A DNA stretch of 64,000 nucleotides from Psammoneis japonica (taxonomy: Eukaryota), in NCBI GenBank assembly GCA_008632985.1, contig QPGO01000109.1, positions 62,001 through 126,000 on the forward strand, given 5' to 3'. This document shows, one piece after another, positions 25,797-39,042 of this stretch; position 1 is the first letter of the stretch, and each line of letters starts with the position of its first letter. A program made the position numbers and the translations under genes. A model generated the notes under the pieces. That model made no database searches and was not told the DNA's origin. It was given only the letters and a program-made list of their open reading frames with translations.

Positions 25797-27176
25797 ATGA
25801 AAATTATGAAAATGATGTATGCTGTGTTATTGCTATTCGCTGCCGGCGCCATAGGGGTGAACCTGGCGGAAGCTAAGGGATGTAAGGATATTCGCGTGGA
25901 GCAGGTGGATGGAATCTGGTGGTTTGCCAATTGCGATGGAGAGCGTTTTTTTTCGATGGGCGTGAACCATCAATATTGTCAGTGGCTCAAGCCATACAAT
26001 ATGAAGGAGAATATTGAACATTTCTGTGGTGGCTGTGATGTCGACGTTGATCAACTTAAGAAAAAAGTCGGATGGGACGGCTTTAAAACACATGCCGACA
26101 CCGTGCCGGCTATCGGAAAGATGAAGGAGTATGTAGGTAAGGTGATGCGTGAAAATGGATTTAACACCAGCGGGATGCACTCGGTCGACATCTATCCACA
26201 TGAGTTTTATTCAGTTGGTGAGATCAAGATAACGCCTTATCCCCACTCCGAGATTACGCCGGATTACACCTTGAAAATCTGGTGGAGGAGAAGGTGCTGG
26301 AATTGGCCAAAAGGCATGAAGGATCGACGAACCTGCTGGGCTATTACTTTACCGACGAGCCGATTTGGAAGGTACACAAACACAGATTTCCCCAAGAGGT
26401 CCAATGGTGGGGCTATTTTAACCCATGGGTGAATCAGATGCGCAACCTGCCTGAGGGGGCAGCGGGACGAAAGAAGTGGTTCGATTTTCTCAAGGGGCGT
26501 TACACACAGGTGGAAAAAGCGGCATCGGTGTATGGTGTTGAGGCATCCAGCTGGAATCAATTTTGCGCCATTATGGAGTGGCCGGTCCCTGAGCCGACAT
26601 ATGAAGTTAAAGCAGACAGTGAAGCATTTATTGAGAAGATTGCCCGGCGCTGGCATGATGTGCAGACCAAATCCCTTCGGAAGCATCAACCGGCAGACTG
26701 ATATTCGGGGACAAAATTGTTGACCCTGTTCCGGAATTGATGCTCCCGATTCTCAAAAATATGTGGATGTGATTTCAGTGCAGGCATATGGACCGTTCAA
26801 TCAGCATAAAGAGCGATTTCGGGAGATTTATAAGAAAACGGGAAAGCCGATTATCAATGGGGATGGAAATCCCTACGAACGAACCTATCCAATGGTCAAA
26901 GTCGGTGATGGGCAGTGGAGGACCCGTGCTCAAAATAACACTGAAATGGGCGAATCCTACTACAAATACCTGAAAGACCTGGCCGCGGAACCTTATATGC
27001 TGGGTTGGCATCACTGCGGGTTTATCCAGACCTGGTTTCATAAGGATTCAGAGGAACACAAGTCTCGCTATGGCTTTGTTGATGCCTTTGGCAAGCCTTT
27101 CGATGAACTACTTTCCAGGGTTAAGTTGGCAAATGCGCAGGCGCATGCTTGGCATGAGAAAGCAACTATTCAGTAA
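25797..27176 (+). CDS. Bacterial-type secreted glycoside hydrolase (beta-agarase-like, GH-A clan TIM barrel), with three frameshifts
   Basis: Signal peptide; WWFANCDGERFFSMGVNH, GFNTSG, LLGYYFTDEP, RLIFGDK, YVDVISVQ, TGKPIINGD, PYMLGWHHCG, YGFVDAFGKP. Spread over ORFs 25797, 26282, an unlisted short frame, and 26763. No introns. Confidence 0.75.
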
Positions 27177-27299
27177 CCTGTGCGGGACATGGATGAAATT
27201 GGAGATAAATGGGAGACATTCATGGGCAAGCGTCTGCTTTTTTTGGAGAGTGGAATGGATCCGCGATAAGCACCACACAACAATGGTCAACTTTAGTTC

Positions 27300-29540
27300 C
27301 TAGTCGGGGAATGGCACCGACATTGCACATTGAGAAAACCAAGTGGCAACAAGTCTAAATGTTAGAGGATTGACTTGATTGTTCCCCAACACACGTTGCA
27401 CATTGCAACTAAACTCCTGCCACGATGTTACGTTGTCCCACACGTTACTGTTCCCAATTCCCTCTCTTTCCAAAACACATGCTCGCTCCACATTCCCTTC
27501 ATGCCACTGATGTTCTTTTGCAAAATTATGTTGCATGGACAGCACGTTCATCTGTGATGCCGGTGTTGTTGCAGTCAAAGTCCGTCTGCCTCACATTGTA
27601 GAGGCAGCCCCGCTCTCAACAAACAATGCTCTGCGTGATTTCCATTGTCACAAAGAACAATTCCTTTCTCTCCAGTCACCACATTCTTTTTCAACCAAAA
27701 GAATCTTAAACTTTGTCCCTGGTTGAAAAATGACCTCACCTTCATTGCCATGGTCAACCCCAGTTTTGCTTTCTCCATGCAAAACACAGTCAAGGCACCA
27801 TCTTCCTCCTCCTTCCTGCTCATCATTGATGTTCCTTGGCTTGTCCAAAAATTGACGGATGCACTCAGAAATGCTGGATCAGAGCAAATGCAACCCAGCT
27901 TGACAGCCACAAAAGCAGATGCATGTGTGACATGAAAACACAGCTCCAGCAAACAAACTCACACTGGCGCGAAACCTTTCATTTTGAGAAATTCCCGCAC
28001 CCAGTTGACACAGCTCAGAACACCAATTTTGCAAATGTTCTCAGTGCTGAGCTCTTCAAGAAAACATTTTTGGCAACAGCTTGAACTTTGTCCGTTCATG
28101 AGACACCACAGAGTGCCCAAACAACAGCTGCAGCTGTGCATGATGTTTGGCCTTTTTGCTGTGGACATGTCCACAGCCAGTCAAGTGCCAATTGTTGGTC
28201 TTTTCTAGAAAATTGTGGCTTGTCCTCTCACAACCCTGCTTGTTTTTCATGAGCTCAAACTTGTGCTCAAGCCCTCTGAGGGTCTCTCTGTGCATTTGCA
28301 CAGATTTTGTGCCAGCAGCATCACAGGGGGATGCTGTTTGCCAGCCCCAACACACTTTTTCTCAGACAAAAAACATTTTTCATGATGGCCAGCTTGATGC
28401 AGGTTTGGAGGCAGGTTTCATGTGGCACAAAATGTGCTGATTTGCACATCAGATTTGCGCTGATGTCCTGTGCGGACCCTCTGCGGGGCTGTGTGTGTGA
28501 GCAGAGACAAGAAGCATGACTTTGGCAAAAAGCAGCTGTTCATCAAACTCAACAACTGTGTGCCAAATCCAACAATTGGCATTTGAAAATTGATGAGTGT
28601 GCGCAGTTCACAAAAAGGTCTGACAGCCCTGACGGGGGCTGGACTTGCACTCACAAGTGTGTGGGGGCACTCAGAGGCATCGCAAAATGTGACACATGGG
28701 TGAAGTGCAGGACAATGGAGAAGTGCAAGCCATGTTAAAAAAATGCCTCTGATTCTTCCTTGATGTGAGCTCAGAAACTGACACCATGGACAATGGAGAA
28801 GTGCAAGCCATGTTAAAAAAAATGCCTCTGATTCTTCCTTGATGTGAGCTCAGAAACTGACACCATGTGTGGTGTCAAAATTGGTTTCAACACCACACAT
28901 GGTGTCGACATTTTTTTTCACGCTGCCATCTGCAAAAGCACCTTGTGAGCCCCAAATGACTGCACACAAACAAATTCTCCACCTCAAAAATGCACGTTTT
29001 TACACTTTATTTTGCATGCTCCTTCCACGCAAGTTGCCTCCACCGTGGCATCACCTCCAGCGTCTCCCCACGTTGCCAGAATGTTCCCTCCATTGACTGC
29101 TGTGTGTGTCGTCTCCTCCTGGAGACGTGCAAAGAGATGAGAGACGGACATTGGGAGAATTTCTGGCTGTTTGTGATGACACACCTGAATTACCTGGTGC
29201 TTGTAGAGAAGAATTTCGAAATTTGCAGGTGATTCTGTCAGCAATGCCAACAAGGCCACAAAGTCAGAGAGCCACACAAGCTGAAAAATGCCGCAGGGCT
29301 CGATTTTCACAACCAAAGAAGAAACTGAGAAGAAAAGGCCCTCTCAATCTAAAGATTCTCCAGCATTTGTTTCCAGCAGTCAGCGAAGACTGCTCATGTG
29401 TTCGAGTGAGCATCAGAGCCCATCCAACAATCGAAATTTTTGACACCGACACCACGTGATGTGGTGACGAAATTTTCTAAAAACGGCTCGATCAACGCGA
29501 CGTGACTCAAACGCGACCATTGATAAAATTTTCTCATTTC
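27300..29540. mobile_element. Hypermutated repeat tract, class not identified
   Basis: TpA-depleted core with no credible ORF; boundaries approximate. Confidence 0.45.
28710..28866. repeat. Tandem duplication, 78-79 bp x2
   Basis: ggacaatggagaagtgcaagcc...aaactgacaccat repeated, differing only in A-run length. Confidence 0.9.
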
Positions 29541-29634
29541 GTGCGTCATCGGCACGCCGTTGGCTGGGCTTTCGATTTCCTGCCGCCCATGGCGTTCGTT
29601 TTCATTGCCTGTTTGGTTTTCAAACACTGACGAC

Positions 29635-31184
29635 ATGCATGTAGCTAGTAGGGGTCTGCGTCGTCGACTCGAGATACCGACGCCTTATTTTCACGGGGGC
29701 TTTTACGGTTTGTTTTTGCTTGTTTGCTCCAGCGCAGCAGCAACTTCAATCAACATTACGCATGCCGATGATGAAGCCCCCAACGAAAGTACTGCTAACA
29801 ACAAAGCTTCGCGCAGAGTCTGTGGGAAGTGGTGTGCTGATCCAAACAACAAGGAAATGAAATGCGAAATGGATGCCGATGTTATTCCATGTAAAAAAGG
29901 CAGTGAATGGTGTACAACGACTTGCGAGCTATGGAACTTGTTTGCATTGGGCGGTAACGATAAGCGTCGTCCCGTTTCATGCGAAATGTACAAGGCTGGA
30001 AAGGCGTTTCCGCGTGGAGCTGTTGTTTGTGATTCGTCTTGTCTCATTCCAGAAGTTTCTCCGTCGCGGTATCCTGCACCGACTGGATTGGGAATCTTGT
30101 GTCGACCAAATGCTTGTTCACCGGGAGCAACGCCGCTTGAGCATGTTCTTCGTGGCAAGGAGGCTTTTGGAGAATTGCAGTGTCCTTGCAATTGGTTTGG
30201 ATCAGAGTGTAGAAATGACTGGGTGCCTGTAAAAGCCGTTGTCAAGAATCAAGACGACAGCAATCTCGGTGGTGTGTTGGAGTTTGTGACACTGATGCTC
30301 GACTTGGACGATTGGAAACGGGTTATACAAGATTATCGTCCTGGCGGGGTGGTGCGGATTGTTCACGAGGACAGTGATGGAATTCCACGAGAATTTACTT
30401 GTGCCCTTGCTAGCTTTGATACTCCTGGCCAGCTAACCTTCTTGACTTCTCCGTCTGATCCGACTCTCAACAATCAAGTACGCCAAGTGGCGGATCGAAT
30501 AAGAAGCATGCCCTCTTTGGTGGAAAACGTGACAAACTTGTACGTCAATCCAAGTATTTCTGGGTTTTTCAATGGCAGCTACCAGTATCTCATGGACTTT
30601 GTACAAAAACACGACCATGTTCAAAACGTGGTAATCTTGTCCTCGGGTGCCGGGCTTGGTGGAGCATTGTCAGCTGTCGATGCTATTATAAAGGAGAATA
30701 CAGTCAACAAAGATGGACGACCGCCAATCAAGTTATACTTATATTATGGACTACGCAACATTGACCATTTGCCATTTCGCAAACGTCTGGAAAGGCTTTC
30801 TGCAGATGGAGACATTGAGCTCATCTTGGTCGTCAGCAACGGTTCATCCTCCGACAGTATTTCTGTTGGTGTTAAAGGGAAGAAATTGTCGAATGAGATC
30901 AAAGCTGCAGCTATACGAGGTGAAGCTAGTGCCAAACTCTTACCTGTGAGCAGTAAACTACAGTCGCTAACTCTCAAGGTTCTCGTCTCTACACGCAGCA
31001 CGTAGTTGGGCTCGACTTTATGGCGAAACAAGGTTCTCTTTTCAAACAAGGCGCTTGTTTAGAGAATACAATCTTTGTTGCTTGTGGTCGGATTGAAATG
31101 CTTGACGACATGAAAGCGATTCTTAGGGCATTAAGTGACGGAAACAACGAGCTCGTTTCCGACCTCGTATTTACCAATATTTGA
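29635..31184 (+). CDS. Protein with N-terminal hydrophobic/Cys-rich region and FNR-like FAD/NAD(P)-binding oxidoreductase domain; apparent 1-nt frameshift at ~30970
   Basis: REFTCALAS, LSSGAGLG, LYYGLRN; the alternative frame continues LYTQHVV...IFVACGRIEML...VFTNI* (stop 31182-31184). Confidence 0.7.
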
Positions 31185-31805
31185 AATGGACAATTGCTTC
31201 TGTTTGAAGTGGATGTCTCGCCCGTGAAAGAGGAGAGAATCATTTGGCTGCACACTCGGAGGCATTCCCGGGTGTTTGGCTTGCTCAAAAGTGGTGTCTC
31301 TACCCTTTCGAGAAGGTGGGCTTGTAGTCGAGGTTACATTTCTAATTGTTATTCTGACCATCAATTTCAACATATGCACGAAGGAATCCGAAGAATGTAT
31401 TGTATCGTTTCGGGGGCAATGCAATGCCAACTTGAAACTTGTGCTCCAGCTATACCAACTCGTGCTAAGCTACTCCAAACTCAGGAACATTACAAGTGAC
31501 ATTGTACAGTAGAAAGCGAAATACATTGTCGAATGCGTCAGAAGCACCGAGTGACGTTAAGCGGCGAATTCATGAGGGGACGGCGGGGAGGAATATTTCC
31601 ATGGTGTAGCACATAGGCGCTTTAAAAAGGGTCGATCCGAGCCACAGCGAATGAAAGTGAAGCTGTCCATTTTGAAGAAACGATGCGACGATGCGACGAT
31701 GCGACATACAGTCAACAAAAGACATTATTTACCAAAAAAAATTACTACCGTGCTGCGCAAGAGACAAGAGGTTGGAAGCGCAGATGGGTGGAGCCTTGGA
31801 AATTA

Positions 31806-33682
31806 TCACCACAGAGCCATGCCACATAAACAAACCGTTGTGACGGCTAAAAACAATGCATTGCATCCTCCTTTAGATGGACCCGGAGAGACTTGGTTTG
31901 GCACTGTCGCAGTTCCCAAAGTGGGTGCTGCAGTTGTTCCCTGAGATGGTTCTGGGGTTTCTCCAGGCGTAGAAGTGGTTTCCGGAGATGGTGATTGTGT
32001 TGAACTTGGTGGACCGTTTGTAACAAGAGCAGCGGGAGTCGGTGGCGGCGTACGTGGCGTTGTACTGCTAGTCGGTGGTGGCGTTGGACGTGGAGTTGGA
32101 CGGCTGGTCGGTCTTGGCGTTGGGCTTGGAGTTGGGGGGACAAAGGCTTGCAACCTAAAGGACTCCCAGTCGGCACAGTTATCGACCATTTTAAAGTTGG
32201 GGCGATTTGTATGATCAGCGCCAAGGAAAGCACCCATGCTAAATTGAAGAGACAATAGCGACCATCCGCCGTCGGGAACAGACGCCACCTAAAATGCCGA
32301 AGTGCATTCTGGTCAGCTATCCATGGAGTGAGATCGTTTGCGTGAACCGTACCAGGAGCACCCCGTTGAAGGAATCGGTCTTCACTGGCTTCAGCTAGCT
32401 TAATGTAGTATTCGTCACACTCATCTCCTGAATGGTTTTCAAACTCCCAGACACTCTGTCCGGAACAGGAAGAAGATGCATCCAGAGCATAATCCCAGTC
32501 ACCCCCTCCATTATTAGAAAATCCATAAAGATATTCATTCTGGAATCCATTCTGTAGACAGAATCTAAAGCCATTGGGAATTGCACAAGTGCCCCCTAGA
32601 TATGGTTCTAGGGTGAAAGACTCCCAGTCGGCACAGTTATCGACCACTTTAAAGTTGGGGCGATCTGTGTGGTCGGCGCCGAGGAAGCCACTCATGGCTA
32701 AATTGAAGAGGCAATAGCGACCATCCGCCGTGGGGAATAGACGCCACCTTAGATGCAGCAGAGCATTCTGGTCAGCTATCCATGGCGTGAGATCGTTTGT
32801 GTGAACTGTACCAGGAGCACCTCGTTGAAGGAATCGATCATCATTGGCTGCATCAGCTTTGATATAAAAAACATTCGGGTCATCACTGGATCCTTCGTCA
32901 AAAACCCAAACACGATGTCCAAAACAGGTTGGTTCGCCAGAAACACCTGACATGTCTTCAAGAGAATAATCCCACTGGAAGCCCCCATCGTTTGTGAAAC
33001 CAATCAGATACTCGTCATCAAGCCCATTTCGAAGGCACCATCTTGAGCCGCTTGGAACCCTGCATGAGCCGTTTTCGCAAAGATAGCAACGATTTCCTAT
33101 AGTAGAATTTGCCTGTCGTTCAAAGGCGTATGCCGCTTGCTCCACCGCATTGTTTTCTCCAAAACCGCCACCTTCTGAGAACGAGTGAGCGTACCTGCAC
33201 TTAAATCCATTGGATTCCCATTGGCGCCACTGCCTGATATGATAGTATTCGTGTGCAAGGAGGACGGCGAGATCCCCCGGACAGACGTGCAAGTTATCGG
33301 AGTGGAGATAGATCTGGTTGGGGCTGGGCGCCCAGCCGTTCCCCTGTAAACTAGAACAGAAACGAACGCGAACATCGCTGAACTCCGAGTAACCCACGAT
33401 ACCTAGAGCAACAAGCATGGAAATTGCGTCATTGATGCGATCGCGTCCTTCCATTCGAATGCGGTCGTTGTCGCAAATGGTCATCATAGGCTGACCAACA
33501 ATGTCATTAAGATCAAAAATCGACACGTAGCTGAAGCAAGCTGCTTTTTTACCCGGGCATGACAAGTCCGTAAACCCACAGTTGTATTTACAGGCATTAC
33601 AATCCAAGCTATGGGCCTTGCGCACGGTCACACTAGCAACTAAACTCGAACATGCCGTGAGCGATAGCTTGAGAGACTTCAT
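31806..33682 (-). CDS. Secreted, probably GPI-anchored protein: DUF4157-like HExxH peptidase, two beta-trefoil-like repeats and a Pro/Thr stalk; apparent 1-nt frameshift at ~32240
   Basis: Signal peptide; LLAHEYYHIRQW...NAVEQAAY. A duplicated ~150-aa unit (RFLQRGAPGTVH.NDLTPW...YCLFNLAM) whose second copy continues in ORF 31806..32288 to PTPSPTPRPT and a hydrophobic C-terminus. Confidence 0.75.
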
Positions 33683-34099
33683 AATAACGATGTGTAGTTG
33701 TCAGTTCCAAGAGGTGTGTAAGTCTATCGAGAGCCGCAAACGAGATTTTTGACTGGGTTGCCGTTTTCGACGGATGCTGTCTTTTGCCAATTCTTCCTCC
33801 TGCATGATGTCGGGAAGTTGTGAATGACTGCTTGCGACAGCAGGTGGAAAACTCGGATCGTGATGCGATGCACATGGTCGTGAGGCCGCGAAAAGATTGG
33901 GAATTTTCTGGTCTCGTCGATCCAGATGAGGGGGTCGCGGTTTGTGCCGGCTGCTAAAATTTCCCGCCAAAAATATGAGTCGCGACTCACGACTCAGGAT
34001 GAGCTCAGAACCAGAACCCTCCCCGCTTCTTCGCTGTTTCATCAGCTCATCAGCTTTCCATCATCATGGGAACATGGGAACGATTTATCATATTCTCAA

Positions 34100-35374
34100 A
34101 TGTCGTCATCATCGTCCTTGTTGACACCATCCTTAGAAAGGCTACAAGGACTATTGGAACAAGCAGTGCTTTACTTGGATCCGCCACCGCCGCAAGCGTT
34201 GAATACAAACCATGTGGCTCGGAATGTCTATGACGTGTTGATACAAGAAGTACTACTGCGGCCGCCAGAGCAACATGATGGTTTCGTATTGCACCCTCGA
34301 GTCCAAGAAATAATGGGGCGGGAACGAATGGACGAATATCAATCATGGTGCCAAGTACTGGCGGATGCTCTTCGAGCGTTGCTTATTGCCAGTGTACTGT
34401 TATTGGAGTTGTGTCCGCGTCATCAAGAAAGCAACGAAAGCAACAATAGTAGCCAATTCGTTCCGGAAACTGTTTTGGATCCAGAGTCGTGTCATGTATT
34501 GGAACGAACGGTACAGCGTTGTCTTGTTCTTTTGCGAATACTGGCATTGAGTTATCAAATTAGCCACGGCAATAATAACAAAAAGGGAAAAACGAGACCA
34601 ACAACAAACGATGGTAACGAAGAAGGAGAATCGTCGTGGACATGGTTGCATTCGTCCCCACCTTGCCAGTATCCATCGATGCAGTCGGCATTACAAGAAA
34701 TACCTGTGGAATGGCTTGGACTGGATACAGCAGATAACACTCCAACAGATTCAATGGAAGCATCAAGCGACGACCTTTTTCCGGAGTGTGATGCCAGCCA
34801 AGAAGACGCCTTATTGGATTTTTCAAAGGAACAATTATCACTGGAAGAAGACGAATTGATCCAAATGGCGTCAAGACCGATACCATTGGAAAGCAAAAGG
34901 AGTCCGTTTGCTAGACAAGGACCTCTCATACAACTTTTGGAGGAGCGTGATACTATTCAATCGAGCCGCAACGTCATGGCGAGACTGTCAAGGCATGGGA
35001 TACTGCAGCTCGAGGATACCTCTACTGCACGAGATTCAAAACACCCCTTAGAAGTATACAGTCTCTCTGCCGCTACTAACTGTCAAATTGGTACAACCAC
35101 AGCCTTGGGCGCTACAGACACGTGTCTCACGTTGGAAAGGCTATGGTCCTTTCCCGAAACAAACGAGTCCGCGTTGAAACTTGTCGTCCCGAGTGGATTG
35201 ATGGAGGGACACGCTTGGATGAATGTATGCAGTTACATGATTCAGAATTCCATATCGGGGCATGAAGAATTACAAAAGCGCCTCTTGTGCCATTGGGATC
35301 GTCAAGAGCACTTGGCTTGTTACAGGGCAGCACGACAGAAAATGCTAACCTATAGTGATTACGTTAAAAAGTAA
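34100..35374 (+). CDS. Hypothetical protein (424 aa)
   Basis: Long ORF with normal TpA content and amino-acid composition; no family recognised. Upstream in-frame ATG at 33926. Confidence 0.7.
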   Translation: MSSSSSLLTPSLERLQGLLEQAVLYLDPPPPQALNTNHVARNVYDVLIQEVLLRPPEQHDGFVLHPRVQEIMGRERMDEYQSWCQVLADALRALLIASVLLLELCPRHQESNESNNSSQFVPETVLDPESCHVLERTVQRCLVLLRILALSYQISHGNNNKKGKTRPTTNDGNEEGESSWTWLHSSPPCQYPSMQSALQEIPVEWLGLDTADNTPTDSMEASSDDLFPECDASQEDALLDFSKEQLSLEEDELIQMASRPIPLESKRSPFARQGPLIQLLEERDTIQSSRNVMARLSRHGILQLEDTSTARDSKHPLEVYSLSAATNCQIGTTTALGATDTCLTLERLWSFPETNESALKLVVPSGLMEGHAWMNVCSYMIQNSISGHEELQKRLLCHWDRQEHLACYRAARQKMLTYSDYVKK

Positions 35375-37788
35375 ATAGATTAAATTTGCACAGTAGTTCG
35401 AAAGAAGACATCGAAAATTAAAGAGGAGCTACTACGGCGCAACTCGGAATGATGATGACTTGTGAGATGGGCATTTCTTTCAAAAGTGCGCTCCTGCACT
35501 GTCAACTGAAATGGCACTCATTTCAAATGGTTTCTTTTTGTGGTGCTCTTGTCTGTGCATCATCTGTTGGTCTCTTTCAAAGTCTCATCACTGGCCAGCA
35601 TGTTTGACTTTTGGGAGTTAGCACTTGCAACCTTCCTCCATGACTTTCATTTGTTCGCAGGCTCGTGGGCAGACAAATGGAGCAATGCGCTCAGCACATC
35701 CAAGGGGGACAAGAACTGCATTGGGGTTCTCCAATGCACCAAACACCTTCAGCACTAATTGGGGCTGTTGGGGCATGTCTGTTGACAGACTGAGACTTCC
35801 CATTGGAGCCACACTCAGCATGTCCAACAGAGCCAGCCAAGCCATGTGTTGCCAGGGCAGGTTGACCTGTTGGCATGGTTGTGGCAACTCTGCCAATGGA
35901 CCAGGACCTGCCATTTGAGCCACACTTGGCTCACCCTTTTGTGGAACAAATGAGGGTTTGTTGTCACTGGTTTGAGAGCCTCTGGGACTGTCAAAGCATC
36001 CATCAATGGGCCAGGACTTTCTGACATTTGACAGAGCTGGCAAAGCTGTGTCAAGTCACTGGGTTGACCTGTTGGAGTGGTTGAGGCACCCATCTTTGTG
36101 TTTGGGAAGGCAAGAACTTCTGTCAGTGCCACACTTGCTTGGTGCCTCTGTGGCAAACCTTTTTTCTCTTGAGAACACCAAAGATGCAAGCCCATGCTCT
36201 TCTAGTCACATCTGCTGCCAGGTGGGTCAATCTTGCACAGGTTCACCACCTCCCACAGTGGACAGACACTCAATGCTTGCCTCTTTTTCATCTGCTTTTT
36301 TTCTTTTTCCAGCAATGGCTGGTGCAAACAACACACAACAAAACAAGCCCCTGTCAGACCAGCTGCTTGATGTTGTGAGCCCAAAGACAAGTTGCAGTGA
36401 CAGGCATGGACTTGTTGGGGACCAAGAAATTCTTGGGCAAAAGTGCTCATTTCTCTTCAGCTTGATGAAGAGAGGAACAAATGCACAGCGGCAACTTTCC
36501 AAAACAATGAACTCATGTGTCAGCAGCTGATGAGCAAAAAACATGGTCAAACCTCACTCACTGTGTCAGCAACATGCCAGTCATGTGCTTGACTCAGTCA
36601 CTCACAGTGACAAAAAAAAGCACAGCGCCTCTTGTTTGTTGAATCTGGAAATGATTTTTGCTGTGTGCAAGACACCTGCTTCTTTGTCAAACCTGCTGGT
36701 TGTCAATTTTTTTCTTGGGAAGCAAGGACACAAGCAAAAATCAAGCTGAAGCTCCTGATTTGCACAGCCACACCTTGGCAAGAGATGTTGTGCTGTGTGG
36801 AAGCAAATTTTTTTTTTCATGTGACTGCATTGCGTTCCATCTGTGCCTGGCCACATGGGCACACACAACATCATGCTGCCCTTGCACCCAAAAATGTCTC
36901 TGGAGCAGGCCTGCAGAGATGAAAGTGGTGCTGGCCAAGCACCACACATGTTGTCAATGTCAGCACAGGCTGTTGTGGAGGAGTCAAAGCACTGCAGTCA
37001 GCTGGCCAAAATTCATTTGTGCAGCAGCCATGTTGTCCTCCACACCTCAATCTTTCTTTTGCACATGGGCTCCAAGCAAATGACATTTCCAGCCACTGAA
37101 AATGACTGTCAGAATCCTTCATGTTGGCATTTGATCTGAAAATCCAACTTGCAACACTGTCTTTGCCTTGCTTTGTGCAGCTGTGAGACTCATGCTGTCC
37201 CCTCTAGATTCATTTTTGCAACATGCTGGCAAGACACGGTGGGAATGTGGAGCCATTGCCACTGGCCTGCATGGATGCACACTGGGCATTTTTGCATGTG
37301 GGACATTGGATTGGCACCACCAACACATTTCAAGTTGGGGGATTGACTGGATGCATTTCTTTGCAGAGCAGCCCCATCCAACAACTTCTGTTGAAACCTT
37401 TTTTCTGGGCATGTTTGAACATCATGCTGACATTCTCAGCATTGTGGTCCAACAGGGAAGAACAGCATTGTTGAAGAGATGCAAGCCAGTGGTCAGAGTG
37501 CCAAATGAAAATGAGGTGCCATTGGCGAGCTTGCGGGGGGAGAGTGCATGGCTTGATCATCTTGTTTTGCACCTGTGAGAAATTTCCTTTGCCCGTTGAT
37601 GTTGCTGCTTCTTGTGCACATTGCTTTTCAGGGCAATGGCAGCTCCTTGGAGCTGCCCCAGAACATCTTGCACTGAAAAGGCCAGAGTTCCAATGTCAGC
37701 CGACAACACCCAAAACAGCTCCATGGGGAACCGCGCGTTGCTCGGGGGCAGCACAAACAATGATGGCTCACTCGTTCATTGCTTTTGA

Positions 37789-38179
37789 GACGCGTTCCAG
37801 CCCTGGGTGGGACTCCGTGTGACATTGGGCCCACAGAATTCTACGTGCGAGCTCCGCAGCACGAGAATTTAATTGATGGATGTGTTTGTCTTCAACATCA
37901 AACAAACGGCCAAGTTTGTGGTGCAATTGTGCCTCTTGCCACTCGACATTTTTGCAAGTGCGCCTGCCCCCACGTGATTTTTAAGACACCATAGAATCGC
38001 GCTGTAACAAAAAATGTCAAAAGTTGTTGGACGGATCGCTCAACAAGTGTGCCGTGAAATGACACAAAACATCGAAAAAATCACGTAGAAATCTACGTGC
38101 GCGACATGCGACGTGATTCAAAAAACTGTCGATGTCACAGTTCAGCAGCACGAGGTCCCACCTAGACCTGGAACGCGTC
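37789..38179 (-). mobile_element. MITE copy 1 (391 bp)
   Basis: TIRs GACGCGTTCCAG...CTGGAACGCGTC (imperfect to ~25 bp); 4-bp TSD TTGA. Confidence 0.92.
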
Positions 38180-38672
38180 TTGAGCATTGAGCCACCTGTC
38201 TGCAGAGCTCATGGGAAAGGATTGTTCAATCCAAACTGGTCTGTGGAGTTGACAGGCTTTGGGCCCAATGGCTGTTTGTCTGATTGTCTTGTGGCAACGG
38301 CACTCAATTTGCAGCGAACTCAACAGCTCCCAGCATTGACAGCAAAGTTGGCCAAGGAAGTTCTCTCCTTGCCCAGATTGGGCTCGCCAATGCAGTGCTT
38401 GGGGTGAATCTCCATTCACACTGAACCAAAAAGTCTTGCGCTGGTCACAGCTGTGTCTCCACCCAATTGTGTCATGTCCTTGCACCATTGGTGCAGTGAA
38501 CCACCTCTCATCCAAGGATGTTGCTGCCACTGGGGAGATGGAGAAGAGCAGAAGAAAAAAAACCAAGGGCGTCATGGCGCATCTTCTCTCAAGAAACTTT
38601 TGTTTCTCTGCGCTGAAAGTTTCGTGCATGCTCTTCACTGTTTTGAAAAGCTTGAATGTGAAGATGGAGATG

Positions 38673-39042
38673 GACGGGTTCCAGCCCCAGGTGGGACTTT
38701 TTGTGACATTTGCCCCGTAGAATTCCACGTGCGAGCTCTGCAGTTAGCACTCTGGTTGGTGGATGCATTCATCTTTGACATGAAAAAACGGCCAAGTTTG
38801 CAGTGCATCTGTCCCTGTTTGCACTCAAAGTTTTGGACAACACGCCTGCCCTGCACCATTCTTGAGAGCAAAAAAAATGTTAAAAGTTGTTCAATGGATG
38901 GCCTGACAAATTCACTGTAAAATCATACAAAATTTCGCCAAAATCACATAGAAATGTGCGTGCGCGACATGCGACGTGATTCAAAAAACTGTCGATGTCA
39001 CAGTTCAGCAGTGCAAGGTCCCACCTAGACCTGGAACGCGTC
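38673..39042 (-). mobile_element. MITE copy 2 (diverged, 370 bp)
   Basis: Same TIRs and internal motifs; TSD not clean (gatg/tgtg). Confidence 0.85.

Noticed and set aside
38180..38580. Signal-peptide-like ORF (MTPLVFFLLLFSISPVAA) as a captured host gene
   Set aside because: Lies in hypermutated sequence with no recognisable downstream domain; cannot be supported without a search.
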